Shown: positions 1-13,500 of the stretch, piece by piece
Layout of the letters: each line of letters begins with the position of its first letter
How positions within the stretch are numbered: position 1 is the stretch's first letter
Source of the DNA: Anthoceros angustus
Lineage: Eukaryota > Plantae > Anthocerotophyta
Assembly (NCBI GenBank): GCA_010909165.1
Contig: MU008193.1
Location: forward strand, 482,376-546,375
Direction: 5' to 3'
DNA length: 64,000 nucleotides
Position numbers and translations under genes: made by a program
The notes under the pieces: model-generated
What the model was told of the DNA's origin: nothing
Databases searched by the model: none
The model's input: the letters and a program-made list of their open reading frames with translations, nothing else

Positions 1-2070
1 TTGCGTTGGTAAGCGGCACCGTCTTCGCCTCTTGCTCCGTTGTTCGTCGGCTCGGTAGTCGTGGTTGTTGGTGCTGTGCCGGTGGGCCCGCCCTCGGCAT
101 CGTCCCTCACTGCTTGCTCGGAGGGCACCAAAAGGAGGAAGGGAATCGCCTCCCAAACTTCCACAGGTGGTGAGGGGTTCGCTCAGCGTATGGAGTCAGG
201 AATCCTCGATCGTCCTCCTCCAGTCGCTTGGTCTTGAAGGGCGACCCCCACCTCAGGCGCCCTTGCACGCTCTGCCAGCGGGGCCTCCGGCCGGGCGCCC
301 GTTCAAGCTCTCCCTCCTTGAGGGCTCGAAATGTCCCCATACATGAATCGGTGTAGTCGGATGGCGAGGCTTCGCTCCTTAGCTTGCCTCTGGCCCAGGC
401 AGGCGAAGATAATCCTTCCCAGTCCGCTCTCTTCCCTGGGCGCATGCGAGAATACCAGCAGGTTATCACCAAGGTGATCCACCTTGGTGGCGAGTTCAAT
501 GGACAATGATCCGGGCTACCGCCCTTACTCGGTATCCGGATCGGATATCAACCATCCGTTGGTTGTCCATTGCGTTCGAGCCTCGGCATCGCGGCGTGGT
601 GGCCCTATCTTCCCTTCGCCTTAAGGGGCTCGCACCGCCCCTTCTTCCTCCTTGGGCGGTTGTAGGCCATCCTCGGGACCTCAAGGTCCATCGCCTCGGG
701 TCCTCCGGAGGTTCTTGGATCGGACCTCCTTGTTGATCGCCCTTTCTTGGGGCAAACTCCCGGACTAGGTTGTCAAAGGTCAGACCATTTGGAACACGTC
801 CGGATGCCACTCACCAACTTCCTCCGGCCCCTTGGGCGCCGCTCAAGCTCTCCCTCCTTGAGCTCGAAATGTCCCCATACATGAATCGGTGTGGGGTCGG
901 CCGATGGCGAGGCTTCTCGCTCCTTAGCTTGCGTGCCTCTGGTGACCGGCGAAGATAATCCTTCCCGGTCCGCTCTCTTCCCATTGGGCGCATGCGAGAA
1001 TACCAAGGTTATCACCAAGGTGATCCACCTTGGTGGCGAGTTCAATGGACAATGATCCGGGCTACCGCCCTTACTCGGCGGATCGGATATCAACCATCCG
1101 TTGGTTGTCGCTGCGTTCGAGCCTCGGCATCGCCGGCTGGGCCCTATCTTCCTTCGCCTTAAGGGGCTCGCACGCCCCTTCTTCCTCCTTGCGGTTGTAG
1201 GCCATCCTCGGGACCTCAAGGTCCGCCTCGGGTCCTCCGGAGGTTCTTGGATCGGACCTCCTTGTTGATCGCCCACATCTTCGGGCAAACTCCGGACTAG
1301 GTAGCGTTGTCAAGGTCGAGACCATTTGGAACACGTCCGGATGCCACTCCTGCTGCTTCCCGGCCGGGCGAAGTCCGGATAGCCGGGTCACAATGTTGCG
1401 CTCCACGAGGTCCATGGCTCCCCCATCGGCTTTTGGGTGCCATTGCTTCTCCTCCTCTTGTTCTTTGTAGCTGGCCGGTCGTGGCACGATGTTCCTCCTT
1501 GCCCGCGTTGCTGCTCAGCCTTGACGCGCTCTAAGGCTGGCGCCCAAAAGATAGCGCCAGGCGGATTGCGGGCGCAAGGTATGAGGATTATGCGGAGGCT
1601 GCGGAGCCTCCCTCCTTGGCGCGCTTGTGGAAATGGCTGGCGGGCGCCTCTTCGTTGTCTGCGCGAGTGCATGGCTTACTCGACCCTCGCTTCCACTCGG
1701 CCTTACGCGCGCGCCGCGGGCGTGAATACTGCGCGGCCTCGGCAAGGTTACGGTCTGACCTCTGCATGCCCGACCTCCACTCGGGGCCGTCCACGTGGCG
1801 CCGCCTCGTCATCCTCACGCCTCGCTCCTAGGTTACTTTCCACAGGCGTACTTATCCTATTTTGACACAGGTGGGTTCGGACTTATCCGTTACTCGGCGT
1901 GGTCGGAGCTTGCCATAGTAGTGCAGGGGTCCGTTGTTCACTCAGTCGGAGTATACTCCGCCTCGTCCGGCGCTACCCCAATTTATTCCTCCTTTTCCGC
2001 CTTATTTATCCTTCAATCCTAAAAAGCGAAACCCTACTTATTTCTTAACTCCCGAAGTGCATAGCCCACA
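1..2070 (-). repeat. 3' LTR (partial) of the gypsy element
   Basis: Matches 13572-15973. Begins TGTGGGCTATGCAC on the minus strand at 2070, directly after the PPT. Confidence 0.88.
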
Positions 2071-2082
2071 TACTCCCTTCTC
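2071..2082 (-). promoter_or_regulatory. Polypurine tract (PPT)
   Basis: Minus strand reads GAGAAGGGAGTA immediately before the TG of the 3' LTR. Confidence 0.75.
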
Positions 2083-2099
2083 ATCATTGGCGTCTCGCC

Positions 2100-5000
2100 A
2101 ACACTAAGCATACTTCTTCACCCGCCACCCGTTTTGAGTGGGCAGCGACTCTCCATCTAGGCGATGGTGGGACCCGTTGTCATATACTTGCACCACTTGT
2201 ACGGACCCATCCATCTCGGTGAAGTTTGCACGGAAAATGCATGTATGACTATCATAAAGGAGGGCGGTCCCCTTCCTTTACATACTCACGATTCGCGATC
2301 GGCGATCGTGCCAAATCTTTGTTGGTTTTGCACCAGCATCTTTGAGCTTCTTCTGTCCTCTGTCTTTGAACAAACCCCAAGAGTCGCTCGGTGGCTTTCC
2401 TCTTCAGTCTCCCTTCCATCATTACTCGAAAAGTGGGCACTTCAAACTCTCATTACGGGAGGTGTCGTAGGTCAAGTAAGGGTCCGTTGTGTGGTCACCT
2501 TCTCTGCATCCGGGCATACAGTGCGGATGGCTTAGTATCGATCATGGGCGTAGTTCACCGTGAGTTTATTGATCCTGCGGATGAGCCCATTTGTCTTCTC
2601 TGTCGACCCATTGGCCTTAGGATTGTAGGGTGCCGTCTTGCGATGATTGATGCGAAATACTCCGTCATGGCGGCCACCACATCATTAAGGAAATGGGTTC
2701 CCCTATCACTTACCAAGCTGCGGACATCCGTGCGGGTTATGATGTTCTGCGAATTTGGCCACGGTGTTTCGAGTCCGTTCTTGTCTACCGCCTCTACCCA
2801 CACAGTGCGATGTCGTTGCCACCGGGATGTATCTCCTTTGTGTGTGTCTTGTCGTGGGTATAGGTCCAACAAAGTCAATACCCCACTTTTGAAGGTGCGG
2901 TGCCAATATCGGTACTAGCGGCCCTTGTGTCGTCGGGGTTGGCTTTCCGATCCGTGACAAGCATCACACTTCTTCTGGTGGGTGTCCCCATACATTGTTG
3001 GCCACGGTATCCGCTTCAAAATCTTTTGGTGGTGACTGTCTTTGCGTAGTGTCCTCCCCAATCCTTCGTGCATTCCCCGGTAGCTCTGTCTCTGCCGGTT
3101 GTAAGTACCTTCGTTCTACTCCGGCCCTAATTTGAACACACACCGTTGTACATTACGAAGGGTCGAGCATAGTGCACGAATGCCTCCCTCATCCACAGTC
3201 ATTTTGGAGCTCCATTCCCGGAGGTACGCTCTATTTCTTCGTGGGTCGGACGGTGGCGGACCCTCCCTTCTCACGCTAAGGCTGCAGTTCTCGTAGCTTG
3301 GGGTTGTCGGTGGGCTCCTCGGTTGTACTTTTCTGCGGCAACCAATGTCTCATCCAGGAGCGCATCTTCACGATCTCTCAACACCGCTGTTTTCAATCGT
3401 GGCGAAATCGCATTTTGGTCTGCCTCTTGTCTTGTTTCCACTTGACGTGAACTCCTGCGGCAACAATATCCACCTTGCTATCCGTCGGGAGTCCGCCTTA
3501 TTCACCCAGCTTGACATGGTCTGGTCATAGAACACAAACTGGGTAGCGGTAGTGTGAATTTCTTGGCGCATATACCATACCCGATGCTTGGCTCTGTAGT
3601 TGTGTATTTTCGTTCAGCGTGGGTGGTATCGTCCGGCGTAGTATCGGGATAATCCTTCGCTTGTCGTCCCGGCTCGGCACTCCGATAGCAAAAGCGGACA
3701 CGTCTACATACACATGAAATTTCTGCTCGATCCGGTCCTCTTAGGTGCGCTTACCAAGGTGTTACATAAATCCGAAGGCCTCCTCTCGCTCCAGACGGTC
3801 CAAACCTCCTCCTTCCATGATGTTACATCAACTTAGCCCTCTTGCAAAGTCCTTAATAAACGGTAGTATCCCACCATTCGAAACCTCTCGGCTCCTTTAG
3901 GTTTCGTGGTGGAGGCGGATGACCGGACCTTGTCTGGTCCACCTCGATTCCGCCCACACGATGTCAACAAGATTCCCTCCGTCATTCCAAAGTAGCATTT
4001 CTCGGGTGTAGGCTCAATTGAGTCTCGGCGGCTCAAGCACCTTCTTAGATGTCCAAGGTGTTTGTCCTGCTCCCCATGCACACAAAATCATCCGGAATAT
4101 CTCCATGAAGTCCCTCGAAGTCACGGAAGGCGTTGGTCACCATCGCATGAGCGACCACAGGCGCTCGGTCATCCCAAAGGCACTTCTCTTGTAGGCAAGC
4201 GTACCCCACTCCGTAGTGAAGGTCGTCTTGTCGTCAAACTCCCTTAGGTGCAATTGGTTATATCCGGAGTAGCCATCCAGGAAGGAGTAAGTAGTCCGTC
4301 CACCTTGTCCAAAATGTCGTCTCTGAATGGCATCGAAGTGGTCCTTCTCGTTCTGTTGAGCTTCCTCAATCTTGGCATACGAATTTGTCTGCATTTCTTG
4401 GGAACCACCACAATCGGCGCCACACTGTTGTGATGGGGAAAATGATGTCTGCCTCGGTACTTATCAAGGACCTCCTTCACCTTGATCGAATACTTGGGGT
4501 TGAGCTTGTATTCGGATTCGGATTGGCTCCGGCTTCAAATCGATCTTATGCTCTCCACTTCTTGAATGCCCTTCATGTCCGTGACCTTGAAGGCGAACAC
4601 CTCATAAAACTCCCCAGTGCTTTAGTCCTTCCTTGGTCAGGAGGCATGCCTTTCTTAAACTTGAGAATTTGCTGGCGGACCTCCACTTCTTCCACGTCGT
4701 CGGGTTCACCGTCTCCGTTCCGTCTTTCATTGCGTCAAACCCCTCGTCCTCCTCTCGGGATCGTCCTCTCGCATCCCCATTCTCGAAGAGCTCGTCGGTG
4801 AATCGTGTTACTCCTTGATGTCTTTTCCTTGGTACTCTTGTTGTCTCCCCTTGTCTTTGGTCACCTCCTCTTCACTTCCTTCCTCCGGCCCGTTGTGGCG
4901 TTTACTCAAACAATCAACCACTTCGCCAAAGGCATCCGATAGTCCATCTCCTCCTCGGACCCGGATCTTGGCGAAAGGTCGCCTCCTCGGAACTATCTTG

Positions 5001-7305
5001 TTCGTCGCCGGTGGAGTCCTCCGTGAGGTATACCCTTCGGTAGTGCTCAGTTTCCCCACAATAGGTGTCCTTGCTCCGGTGAGCAACCCTCCCTTCTCGC
5101 ACCTTAGGGTCCCGTCCACGGCAGTGAATCTCCTTCCTTCCAAAGTGTAGCTTGCAGGCCAACCCGACCATGGCCCCACACCTCATACCCTAATGGTCCG
5201 GCGGTTTGATCACAACAAAATCCGGTTTGTAGGGTGCGGCTATGGTGGCCAAGACTCGGTTAACTCCCGCGGATCTCTTCTTGACATATACGCCATTCTC
5301 GAGTCTTCGTTGAGGTTGAAGGATGTGAAGCCCAATTTTCGTGCCGTGGCGGTGATGAGGTTGACTCGGACCCGTGTCAGCAGTACATCCTTGATGATAC
5401 ATCCAATCTCCACTTGTATGGCCCCCAGGTCGTATGGGACACCACCCTCACTTCCTGTGCTACCCTTCACGGCTTTGGTGCTCAGTGGGTTTCCCTAACG
5501 GCCCGGACCTCTTGTATTTGGGTTATCCCTCGGTCGAAAGGACACAAGGTGCGCGATTCATCATCAGTCGCCACATTAAAGGCGGGCTTCTACCCCAATC
5601 GAGGATCCTGCTGCTGCGTCCTCATCCTCTCCCCGGTCACTTGTTACGGTATTCTCCGGATGCTTGCGCATTTCCTCCTGCAACATCTCGGTCACCTCCG
5701 GACTCGTCCAAATAACGTCCGTCGGGAGGCACGTTCCTTCTCATCTGTCTGGAGAACTTCCTTGGGTAATCCCTCGTGAGCTGCCGTCCAGCCCTCCTTC
5801 ATCGGTCGGATCCTCTGCTGGTATTTCCGTTTGATTGCCTTCCTCGGCGTCGTGGCGCTTCCTCGATCTTGTTCTTCTTCAATGGCGCCTTTCGTCGCTC
5901 CTTCCTTGACTCACAGTAGACACCTCAAGATTTCCATGACTCCCTTCGACACCGTACCTTCTTGTTCTTTTCCATCTCGCGTACCTCTGGGAATCTCTTC
6001 CCACTCCGAGCATCTTGACTTGCCGTCACAGTAGTCTTAGGAGGTGGCGTTGGTGGTCGAGTTCTCCGCTTGGTGTGGCATATCGTCGTCCTTGTGCGGG
6101 GTTGGGACATAGCGTCTTGCCGTATGCCCGCCTTGCGATCGCCACACGGCTCGAAGTCCCCATTACCACCTGCCTCGTTGGAGTACGGACACGCGTTGGA
6201 GTAATGGCGATTCCAGTTCCAGACCACGGCCGTCGGAGGATACGAAGGGGCTCCCATGCGGTCTTTGCATCGGTGGGGCTCGTTGTATTGACGGACCTCG
6301 GTTGGCGGATACATGGTTTTGGGATATCGCGGCCCGGAGGGGCTTCACATGCATAGGCCTCTTCCCATTGCTCCTCGGCCTCCTCCTCGTATTCGTAGTC
6401 CACTTGATGCCGGCCTTGAGGCGGTTGGACTTCGAATGGCGTGTTCTTGCGGCACACGCATCGTTCGTGTAGTCGGTGTTTTCCGCGCTCTCGGTCCTTA
6501 ACACAGTTTATCGCGGGTCCTCTACTCTCTTTATCACTTTTCCGGTCCTCCCGCGGACTGCTACCTCCTTTGAGGGAGTCGGGTCGGTGGAGCTTCTCGG
6601 ACGGTCTTTGGTGTCACCACCTCCTTCTTACCACCTTCTTTTTAGGGGCTTCTTGCTCTTCTTCTTGCGGGGATACTCTTCCTCGCTAGAGACCTCGTCT
6701 CTTCTTGGACGGCTCCTCCTCCGAAGACACCTCCGATTGGTCTTCCTCCTCCTCGAAGACTCTTCCTCCTCGAGTCGAACCCCGTTTCTTCTTCTTCTTC
6801 TTGCCTCCTTGGCGGTTCTTTATCCTCGATGTAGCGATTCCTCGTAGTTTTGGCCTCGACCGCCTTGCGTCCTTCTCGGCTGGCGGCGGGGCGTGCATAT
6901 GGGTTTGGCTAGGCCGGCGCGAACCACCGTCGCTTGCATCGTGGTATGGGTTGGATGCGATCCCTCGGGGCATAGAACCGCTCGATGTCTGAGCCCGGCT
7001 TCTCCTTCTTCCCTCGATTTTCCAACTTTGATAATACATACCCCTCACGGTGATCCTCGAAACCGTTCTAAGAAGGCATTTTCAAAGCTTCAAGCGAGGC
7101 GGGTGGGGCATTCTCCGGTGGTCGGTACTTTCTCCGATACCATTGAGCGGTGTCCTCGGAGAACCCCTTGGAAAAGCTGGATGAGGCGCGTCGACTCCCT
7201 CTCGTTGAAGTTGGCTTTGGACATGAAGTCCTCCACAAAGGTCTCGCATCCGCTCCTTCTTCCCTCCGAATATGGAGTCGCTTGTTTGGTCGAGGTAGGG
7301 GCCAT
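2100..7305 (-). pseudogene. gag-pol polyprotein remnant with many frameshifts
   Basis: Gag start MAPTSTKQ at about 7305; zinc-knuckle remnant ...HYSNACPY at about 6200; protease-like region at about 5250-5450; RT 'APIVVVPKK' and 'FLDGYSGYNQ' at 4200-4450; RNase H 'YVDVSAFAIG' at about 3700; integrase 'KWGIDFVGPIP' and 'SDRGTHFLN' at 2700-2900; GPY motif at about 2200. No chromodomain. Confidence 0.9.
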
Positions 7306-7571
7306 GGCTGCGCCATCGATGGGTTAGGCGTGGGTCCTACCTTCTTCCGTTGGCGTCCCTTGTACCCGTACTCGTCTTGGTCGACAATTCGACCACGTTC
7401 TCCCTCCTCGATCGGTGCTCTCTCGTTGGGTTTGGCGTCTCTCCCTCTCACGGCTCGGAGAGCAGAGTGACCACGTCCGATCCTCCCGGCGGTTCACTCT
7501 TGGACCGTCGCTCGACGCGCATTCACTTACCTTCTCTTCCTAAGGGCACTGCGGCACCACGGACCGATTTC

Positions 7572-7587
7572 ATTCCCGGCAGCGCCA
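7572..7587 (-). promoter_or_regulatory. Primer binding site, tRNA-Asp-like
   Basis: Minus strand reads CCACA-TTT-TGGCGCTGCCGGGAAT. This resembles the Athila-type Asp PBS TGGCGCCGTTGCCGGGGA with a small deletion. Confidence 0.7.
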
Positions 7588-7590
7588 AAA

Positions 7591-10500
7591 TGTGGCGGAC
7601 TTTCTTGATGGCGGTGGCGCACAATCCGTGTCGTTGTAGGAAGAAGTCCGTTCCCAAAGGGAATGATAGGCCCGTTTACGCGTTTGGTGATTCTTAGTCC
7701 TTAGCGCTCGTTCGGTCTCAACACACATACTCCTAACTACTCTAGCGTTCACCGTCACAGGCCGGTATGGCCAAGCGTTTAAGACCCGTTCGCGTCCGTA
7801 TCGTTCACATACATCCTCACGCATCGGTCCTTTCCTCTCTCCCTCACGCTACACTCTTGATCTTAGAAAAGGCCGGATTCTGTGATCCGGACCTCCTCGT
7901 CGTTCCGGGCCTCCGGGCTCTACACGCCCTCCGAGTTCCTCCGGCTCACACGTTCAGTCGTTCGGTCGGACGCGGCTCGGGCGACAATCACCGATCACCT
8001 TCCACGCACACACCACAGCGCGTTAAGTCCGTCACGGGACCTTGATCAATCTCCCGGGTGCCATGCTTTCGGTGACTCGGGACTCACGTTAGCAAGAAGA
8101 CTCACAAAGGTGCAGAGCGGCATCAACACCAAGAAAGATGCTTTACTAGGCCTCGGCCCTCTTATCTGCGCCCAAGGTGGCGTCTTTATTACACCCCTAT
8201 TACGGTGATAGCTCGGTATACCCTAATCGCCTACCATCCTATTTCCCCCTATCTCCTTCGCCCGGTTGTGGGGGAAGGTCACAGGCCCCGCCTCGGAATG
8301 GGTGGTCCAATCCCGTCAGCGGTTGTGGTGCGCAATCGGATGATCCGTGAGGCGGGGCCCTCCTCTCCGGAATCACATCGGGTTGGGCTCTCGGTGATCG
8401 ACCGCACCAGCGTCATCCTCCTGGCCTCCACAGGTCCTTCGCCCGGTGGGGCCACCTATCTGCTCCCCTAAGCGTAAGTCGAAGGGGCTCCTCCTTCTTG
8501 CGCGGTCCTCGAGGTCTGTCTCGACTCACGAACTTGAGTCCGGCTTATTCAGGTCCGGCCGGCTGGGTCCGACCTTGTCGGTCCGGACCTCGGGGTCGGT
8601 TTATTCTGGGGTCCGGACTTGAGTCGGACTTATTAGGTCCGGACTTGAGTCGGACTTATTGAGTCGGACTTGAGTCGGCCTCCCTGGGGTCCGGACAAAG
8701 TCCGGACTCACGCCACCGGGTTTCCTCCCTCACGGGACTCCTCCGTGGCTCTCCCTCGAAGTCCTCCCTGTTCCCGATCGCCCGGTGACTCCCGTTGGCC
8801 CCTCCTTCCATGGTGAGGTCGGGGTGCTTACCTCGATCGCATCCGCGCTCCTCGTTCGCTCCTCGGTTGCTCCTCTCCGCTCCGTCATCTCAAGCAGGGG
8901 CCACTAGGGTCCCTGTCTTTGTCCCGTGGCCTTCATCTCCTTGAGCCTTCCGGGGCCGTCCGTTTCTGTGACGTCGAGAGGCTTCTCGCCTTGGGGAGCT
9001 CGTGGTAATAGGCAAAGTGGATCGACTTGTTGAATTGCCTCTTCCACGTGTGCGGGCACCGATACTCCCTCCGCCATAAGTGTTAGATGGGCGTCTTTGC
9101 CGGCTTGTTGGGCCACCTCTCCTGCCCGGTTGTGTGGGCAGTATCACGCGAGGCTACACTGGGCCTCGGTCACCTCCTGCATTTTTGCTCCACTGCTCGG
9201 CTCCGTCGTTTCCTCTCCATTGCCGGCTTACCGCCATAGCGCGGCGTTCCCGCCTTTCTCGGTGGACCGGCTTCTTTTACGCTTCCGATTGCTCGCGCTC
9301 CTCGTTCGCTCCTCGGTTGCTCCTCTCCGCTCCGTCATCTCCAAGCAGGGGCCAGGGTCCTGTCATCCCGTGGCCTTCATCTCCTTGAGCCTTCCGGGGT
9401 CCGTCAGGCTGCGGAGTCGAGGCTTCTCGCCGGGGCTCGGTGGTAATAGGCAAAGTCAGATCGACTTGTTGAATTGCCTCTTCCACGTGTGCGGGCACCG
9501 ATACTCCCTCGCCATAAGTGTTAGGGGCGTCTTTGCTCGGCTTGTTGGGCCACCTCTCCGCGGTTGTGTGGGCAGGCATCAGCGAGGCTACAAGGCGGCC
9601 TCGGTCACCTCCTGCAGTGCCTGTTGCTCACTGCTCCGGCTCCGTCGTTTCCTCTCCATTGACTTACCGCCATGCGCGGCGTTCCCGCCTTTCTCGGTGG
9701 ACCGGCGGCTTCTTTTACTTCGTGCTCCTCCGTTCATTACGGCCTTTAGCTCATGACTCCCTCTCGGTGATCGGATACCTCCGTCCAGGCTCGGACTTCC
9801 TCCGGCTCATGCGCACAGCAGCGTCCAACTCCTTGGATAGTCGCGATTTTCCTCCGTCTTGAGGCGGAGGCTCTACTTCGTGCTCGAGTCGTGGATTCTC
9901 GTTGAGAATCACTGCTTTGCTCCGCGCATCTTGGGTTGTAGCTCCAGTGTCCTTCTTGTCCTCCATCCTCTGCTGCCTCTCCTCTACTTCCTGCGGTTAC
10001 TCGGAGATCCCTATCTCCCGTCGGCCTCCATCTCCTCCTTGTGGCCTTGCACCTCCATAGCCGCTGCGGCCTTGAGTAACCTCATGCTGTGACTCTCTCC
10101 ACGGTTCCGATCCGTCATGGTGATCCGGTCGCTCTTTTGCTGACCGGCTCCTTCGCCGCCTTTACAGGCCTCGCCCTTGGCTCTCTGGCGCCTCCTGGTC
10201 AGCTCTCTGCTTGTGCCGGGCCTCTTAGCCTCTGCTGCGCTTCCCTCTTCCGCCTCTGCGCTTCCCCCTTGCTGCAAGGTCCTCCGCCGCTTGGGCCTCC
10301 CAGGCTTGCTTGGTGTTCGGTGAAGAACCTTAACCGATCTGGCCCGCCGGGCCTCGCTCCGCCACCGGCGTTTCCCTTCCTCGATCGGCGAGGGACTCCG
10401 CCTTTCCTTTGCCCCTCGGCCGCCTTCACTTGCTCTTGGGTTCCACCATCCTCCTCGGGTGGCCTCCACTTCACAGGTCTTCTCTGTACGAGACCCCAAA

Positions 10501-13500
10501 GCATTCCGTCCATGTGGCAGGACTTCGCCGTGTTTCTTCCACGGCCGTGAGTGAGGCCCCACAAAGTCCGTAGTGGGGCCGGCATTTCTCGATCCGGCGA
10601 GGACTCCGCCTTTCCTTTGCCCCTCGGCCGCCTTCACTTGCTCTTGGGTTCCACCATCCTCCTCGGGTGGCCTCCACTTCACAGGTCTTCTCATTTGCCA
10701 CGAGACCCCAAAGCATTCCGTCCATAGTAGCAGGACTTCGCCGTGTTTCTTCCACGGCCGCGTGATGAGGCCCCCAAAGTCCGTAGTGGGGCCGGCATTT
10801 CTCGATCCGAGGACCTCCATACCATGATCCGGAGTAAGTCGGTGGGTTCTCGGACCTAATCGGGACCCTCGGGGTCTGAGTGGTGGTCGAGTCTCACCCT
10901 CTTGGCCCTCTTGGCCTCTAACTCCTTTGTGCCCTCTTTCTCACAGGGCTCGGAGGAGGTGAGGTGCGGGGTGCTTACCTCGATCGCATCCGCGCTCCTC
11001 GTTGCCTCCTCGGTTGCTCCTCTCCGCGCTCCGTCATCTCCAAGCAGGGGCCACTAGGGTCCCTGTCATCCCGTGGCCTTCATCTCCTTGAGCCTTCCGG
11101 TCCGTCCGTTTCTGGCGTCGAGGCTTCTCGCCGAGCTCGGCGTGGTAATAGGCAAAGTCAGATCGACTTGTTGAATTGCCTCTTCCACGTGTGCGGGCAC
11201 CGATACTCCCTCGCCATAAGTGTTAGGGGCGTCTTTGCTCGGCTTGTTGGGCCACCTCTGCCCGGTTGTGTGGGCCGGGGTGTATCACGCGAGGCTACAA
11301 GGCGGCCTCGGTCACCTCCTGCTGGCTGTTGCTCACACTCCGGCTCCGTCGTTTCCTCTCCATTGCCGGCTTACCGCCATAGCGCGGCGTTCCCGCCTTT
11401 CTCGGTGGACCGGCGGCTTCTTTTACCTTCCGGTGCTCGCGCTCCTCCGTTCATTACGGCCTTTAGCTCATGACTCCCTCTCGGTGATCGGATACCTCCG
11501 TCAGGCTCGGACTTCCTCCTCATACATGGCAGCGTCCAACTCCTTGGATAGTCGCGATTTTCCTCCGTCTTGAGGCCAGACACTCTCGTGCTCGAGTCGT
11601 GGATTCTCGTTGAGAATCACTGCTGCTCAAGCGCATCTTGGGTTGTAGCTCCAGCGTGTCCTTCTGTCCTCCATCTGCCTCCTCTACTTCCTGCGGTGTG
11701 CGGAGATCTCCTATCTCCCAGTGGCCTCCATCTCCTCCTTCCATGGCCTTGCTCCATAGACTTTGTCGGCCTTGAGTTACCCTGTGACTCTCTCCACGGT
11801 TCGATCACGTCTGTAGTGATCCGGTCGCTCTTTACCGGCTTGAGCTCCTTCGCCGCCTTTACAGGCCTCGCCCTTGGCTGGCTCCGCCTCCGGTCCGAGC
11901 TCTCTGCTTGTGCCGGGCCTCTTCTGCTGCGCTTCCCCCCTTAGCTGCAAGGTCCTCCGCCGCTTGGGCCTCCCAGCTTGCTTGTTGCCTGTGAAGAACC
12001 TTAAGTCTGAACCGCCGGGCCTCGCGCTCCGCCACCGGCGTTTCCTCGATCCGGCGAGGACTCCGCCTTTCCTTTGCCCCTCGGCCGCCTTCACTTGCTC
12101 TTGGGTTCCACCATCCTCCTCGGGTGGCCTCCACTTCACAGGTCTTCTCTGTACGAGACCCCAAAGCATTCCGTCCATGTGGCAGGACTTCGCCGTGTTT
12201 CTTCCACGGCCGTGAGTGAGGCCCCACAAAGTCCGTAGTGGGGCCGGCATTTCTCGATCCGGCGAGGACTCCGCCTTTCCTTTGCCCCTCGGCCTTCGCC
12301 ACTTGCTCTTGGGTTCCACCATCCTCCTCGGGTGGCCTCCACTTCACAGGTCTTCTCATTTGCCACGAGACCCCAAAGCATTCCGTCCATAGTAGCAGGA
12401 CTTCGCCGTGTTTCTTCCACGGCCGCGTGATGAGGCCCCACAAAGTCCGTAGTAGCCGGCATTTCTCGATCCGAGGACCTCCATACCATGATCCGGAGTA
12501 AGTCGGTGGGTTCTCGGACCTAATCGGGACCCTCGGGTCTGAGTGGTGGTCGAGTCTCACCCTCTTGGCCCTCTTGGCCTCTAACTCCTTTGTGCCCTCT
12601 TTCTCACAGGGCTCGGAGGAGGTGAGGGGTCAGGGAGCAAGCTCTTTTGCCCCTTCACAGCCGGGGCAGGGGCCGGCTCGAGGTGGGGGCTGCGACCTCC
12701 TCCTTCCGGTGGCTGCCTCCATAGCCGCCTGTGCCTTGAGTTAGCCTCGGTACTGCTGTGACTCTCTCCACGGTTCCGATCCGTCATGGTGATCCGGTCG
12801 CTCTTTTGCTGACCGGCTCCTTCGCCGCCGCCTTTACAGGCCTCGCCCTTGGCCTCTGGCCGGGCCTCGCTCCGCCAGTCGAGCTCTCTCTGCTTGTGCC
12901 GGGCCTCTTCCGCCTCTGCTGCGCTTCCCCCGCTGCAAGGTCCTCCGCCGCTTGGCCTCCCAGCTTGCTTGAGCCTGGTGAAGAACCTGGTCTGCTGAAC
13001 CGCCGGGCCTCGCTCCGCCACCGGCGTTTCCCTTCCTCGATCCGGCGAGGACTCCGCCTTTCCTTTGCCCCTCGGCCGCCTTCACTTGCTCTTGGGTTCC
13101 ACCATCCTCCTCGGGTGGCCTCCACTTCACAGGTCTTCTCCATTGCCCAGAGACCCCAAAGCATTCCGTCCATAGTAGCAGGACTTCGCCGTGTTTCTTC
13201 CACGGCCGCGTGATGAGGCCCCACAAAGTCCGTAGTAGCCGGCATTTCTCGATCCGAGGACCTCCATGATCCGGAGTAAGTCGGTGGGTTCTCGGACCTA
13301 ATCGGGACCCTCGGTCACAGTGGTGAGTCGAGTCTCACCCTCTTGGCCCTCTTGGCCTCTAACTCCTTTGTGCCCTCTTTCTCACAGGGCTCGGAGGAGG
13401 TGAGGGGTCAGGGAGCAAGCTCTTTTGCCCCTTCACAGCCGGGGGCAGGCCGGCTCGAGGTGGGGGCTGCGCGGTGACCTCCTGCTCCTTGGGCCACGTC

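Noticed and set aside
2100-7305. Programmed frameshifting or editing to explain the broken gag-pol
   Set aside because: Indels are far too dense and irregular. Decay or unpolished long-read consensus is more likely.
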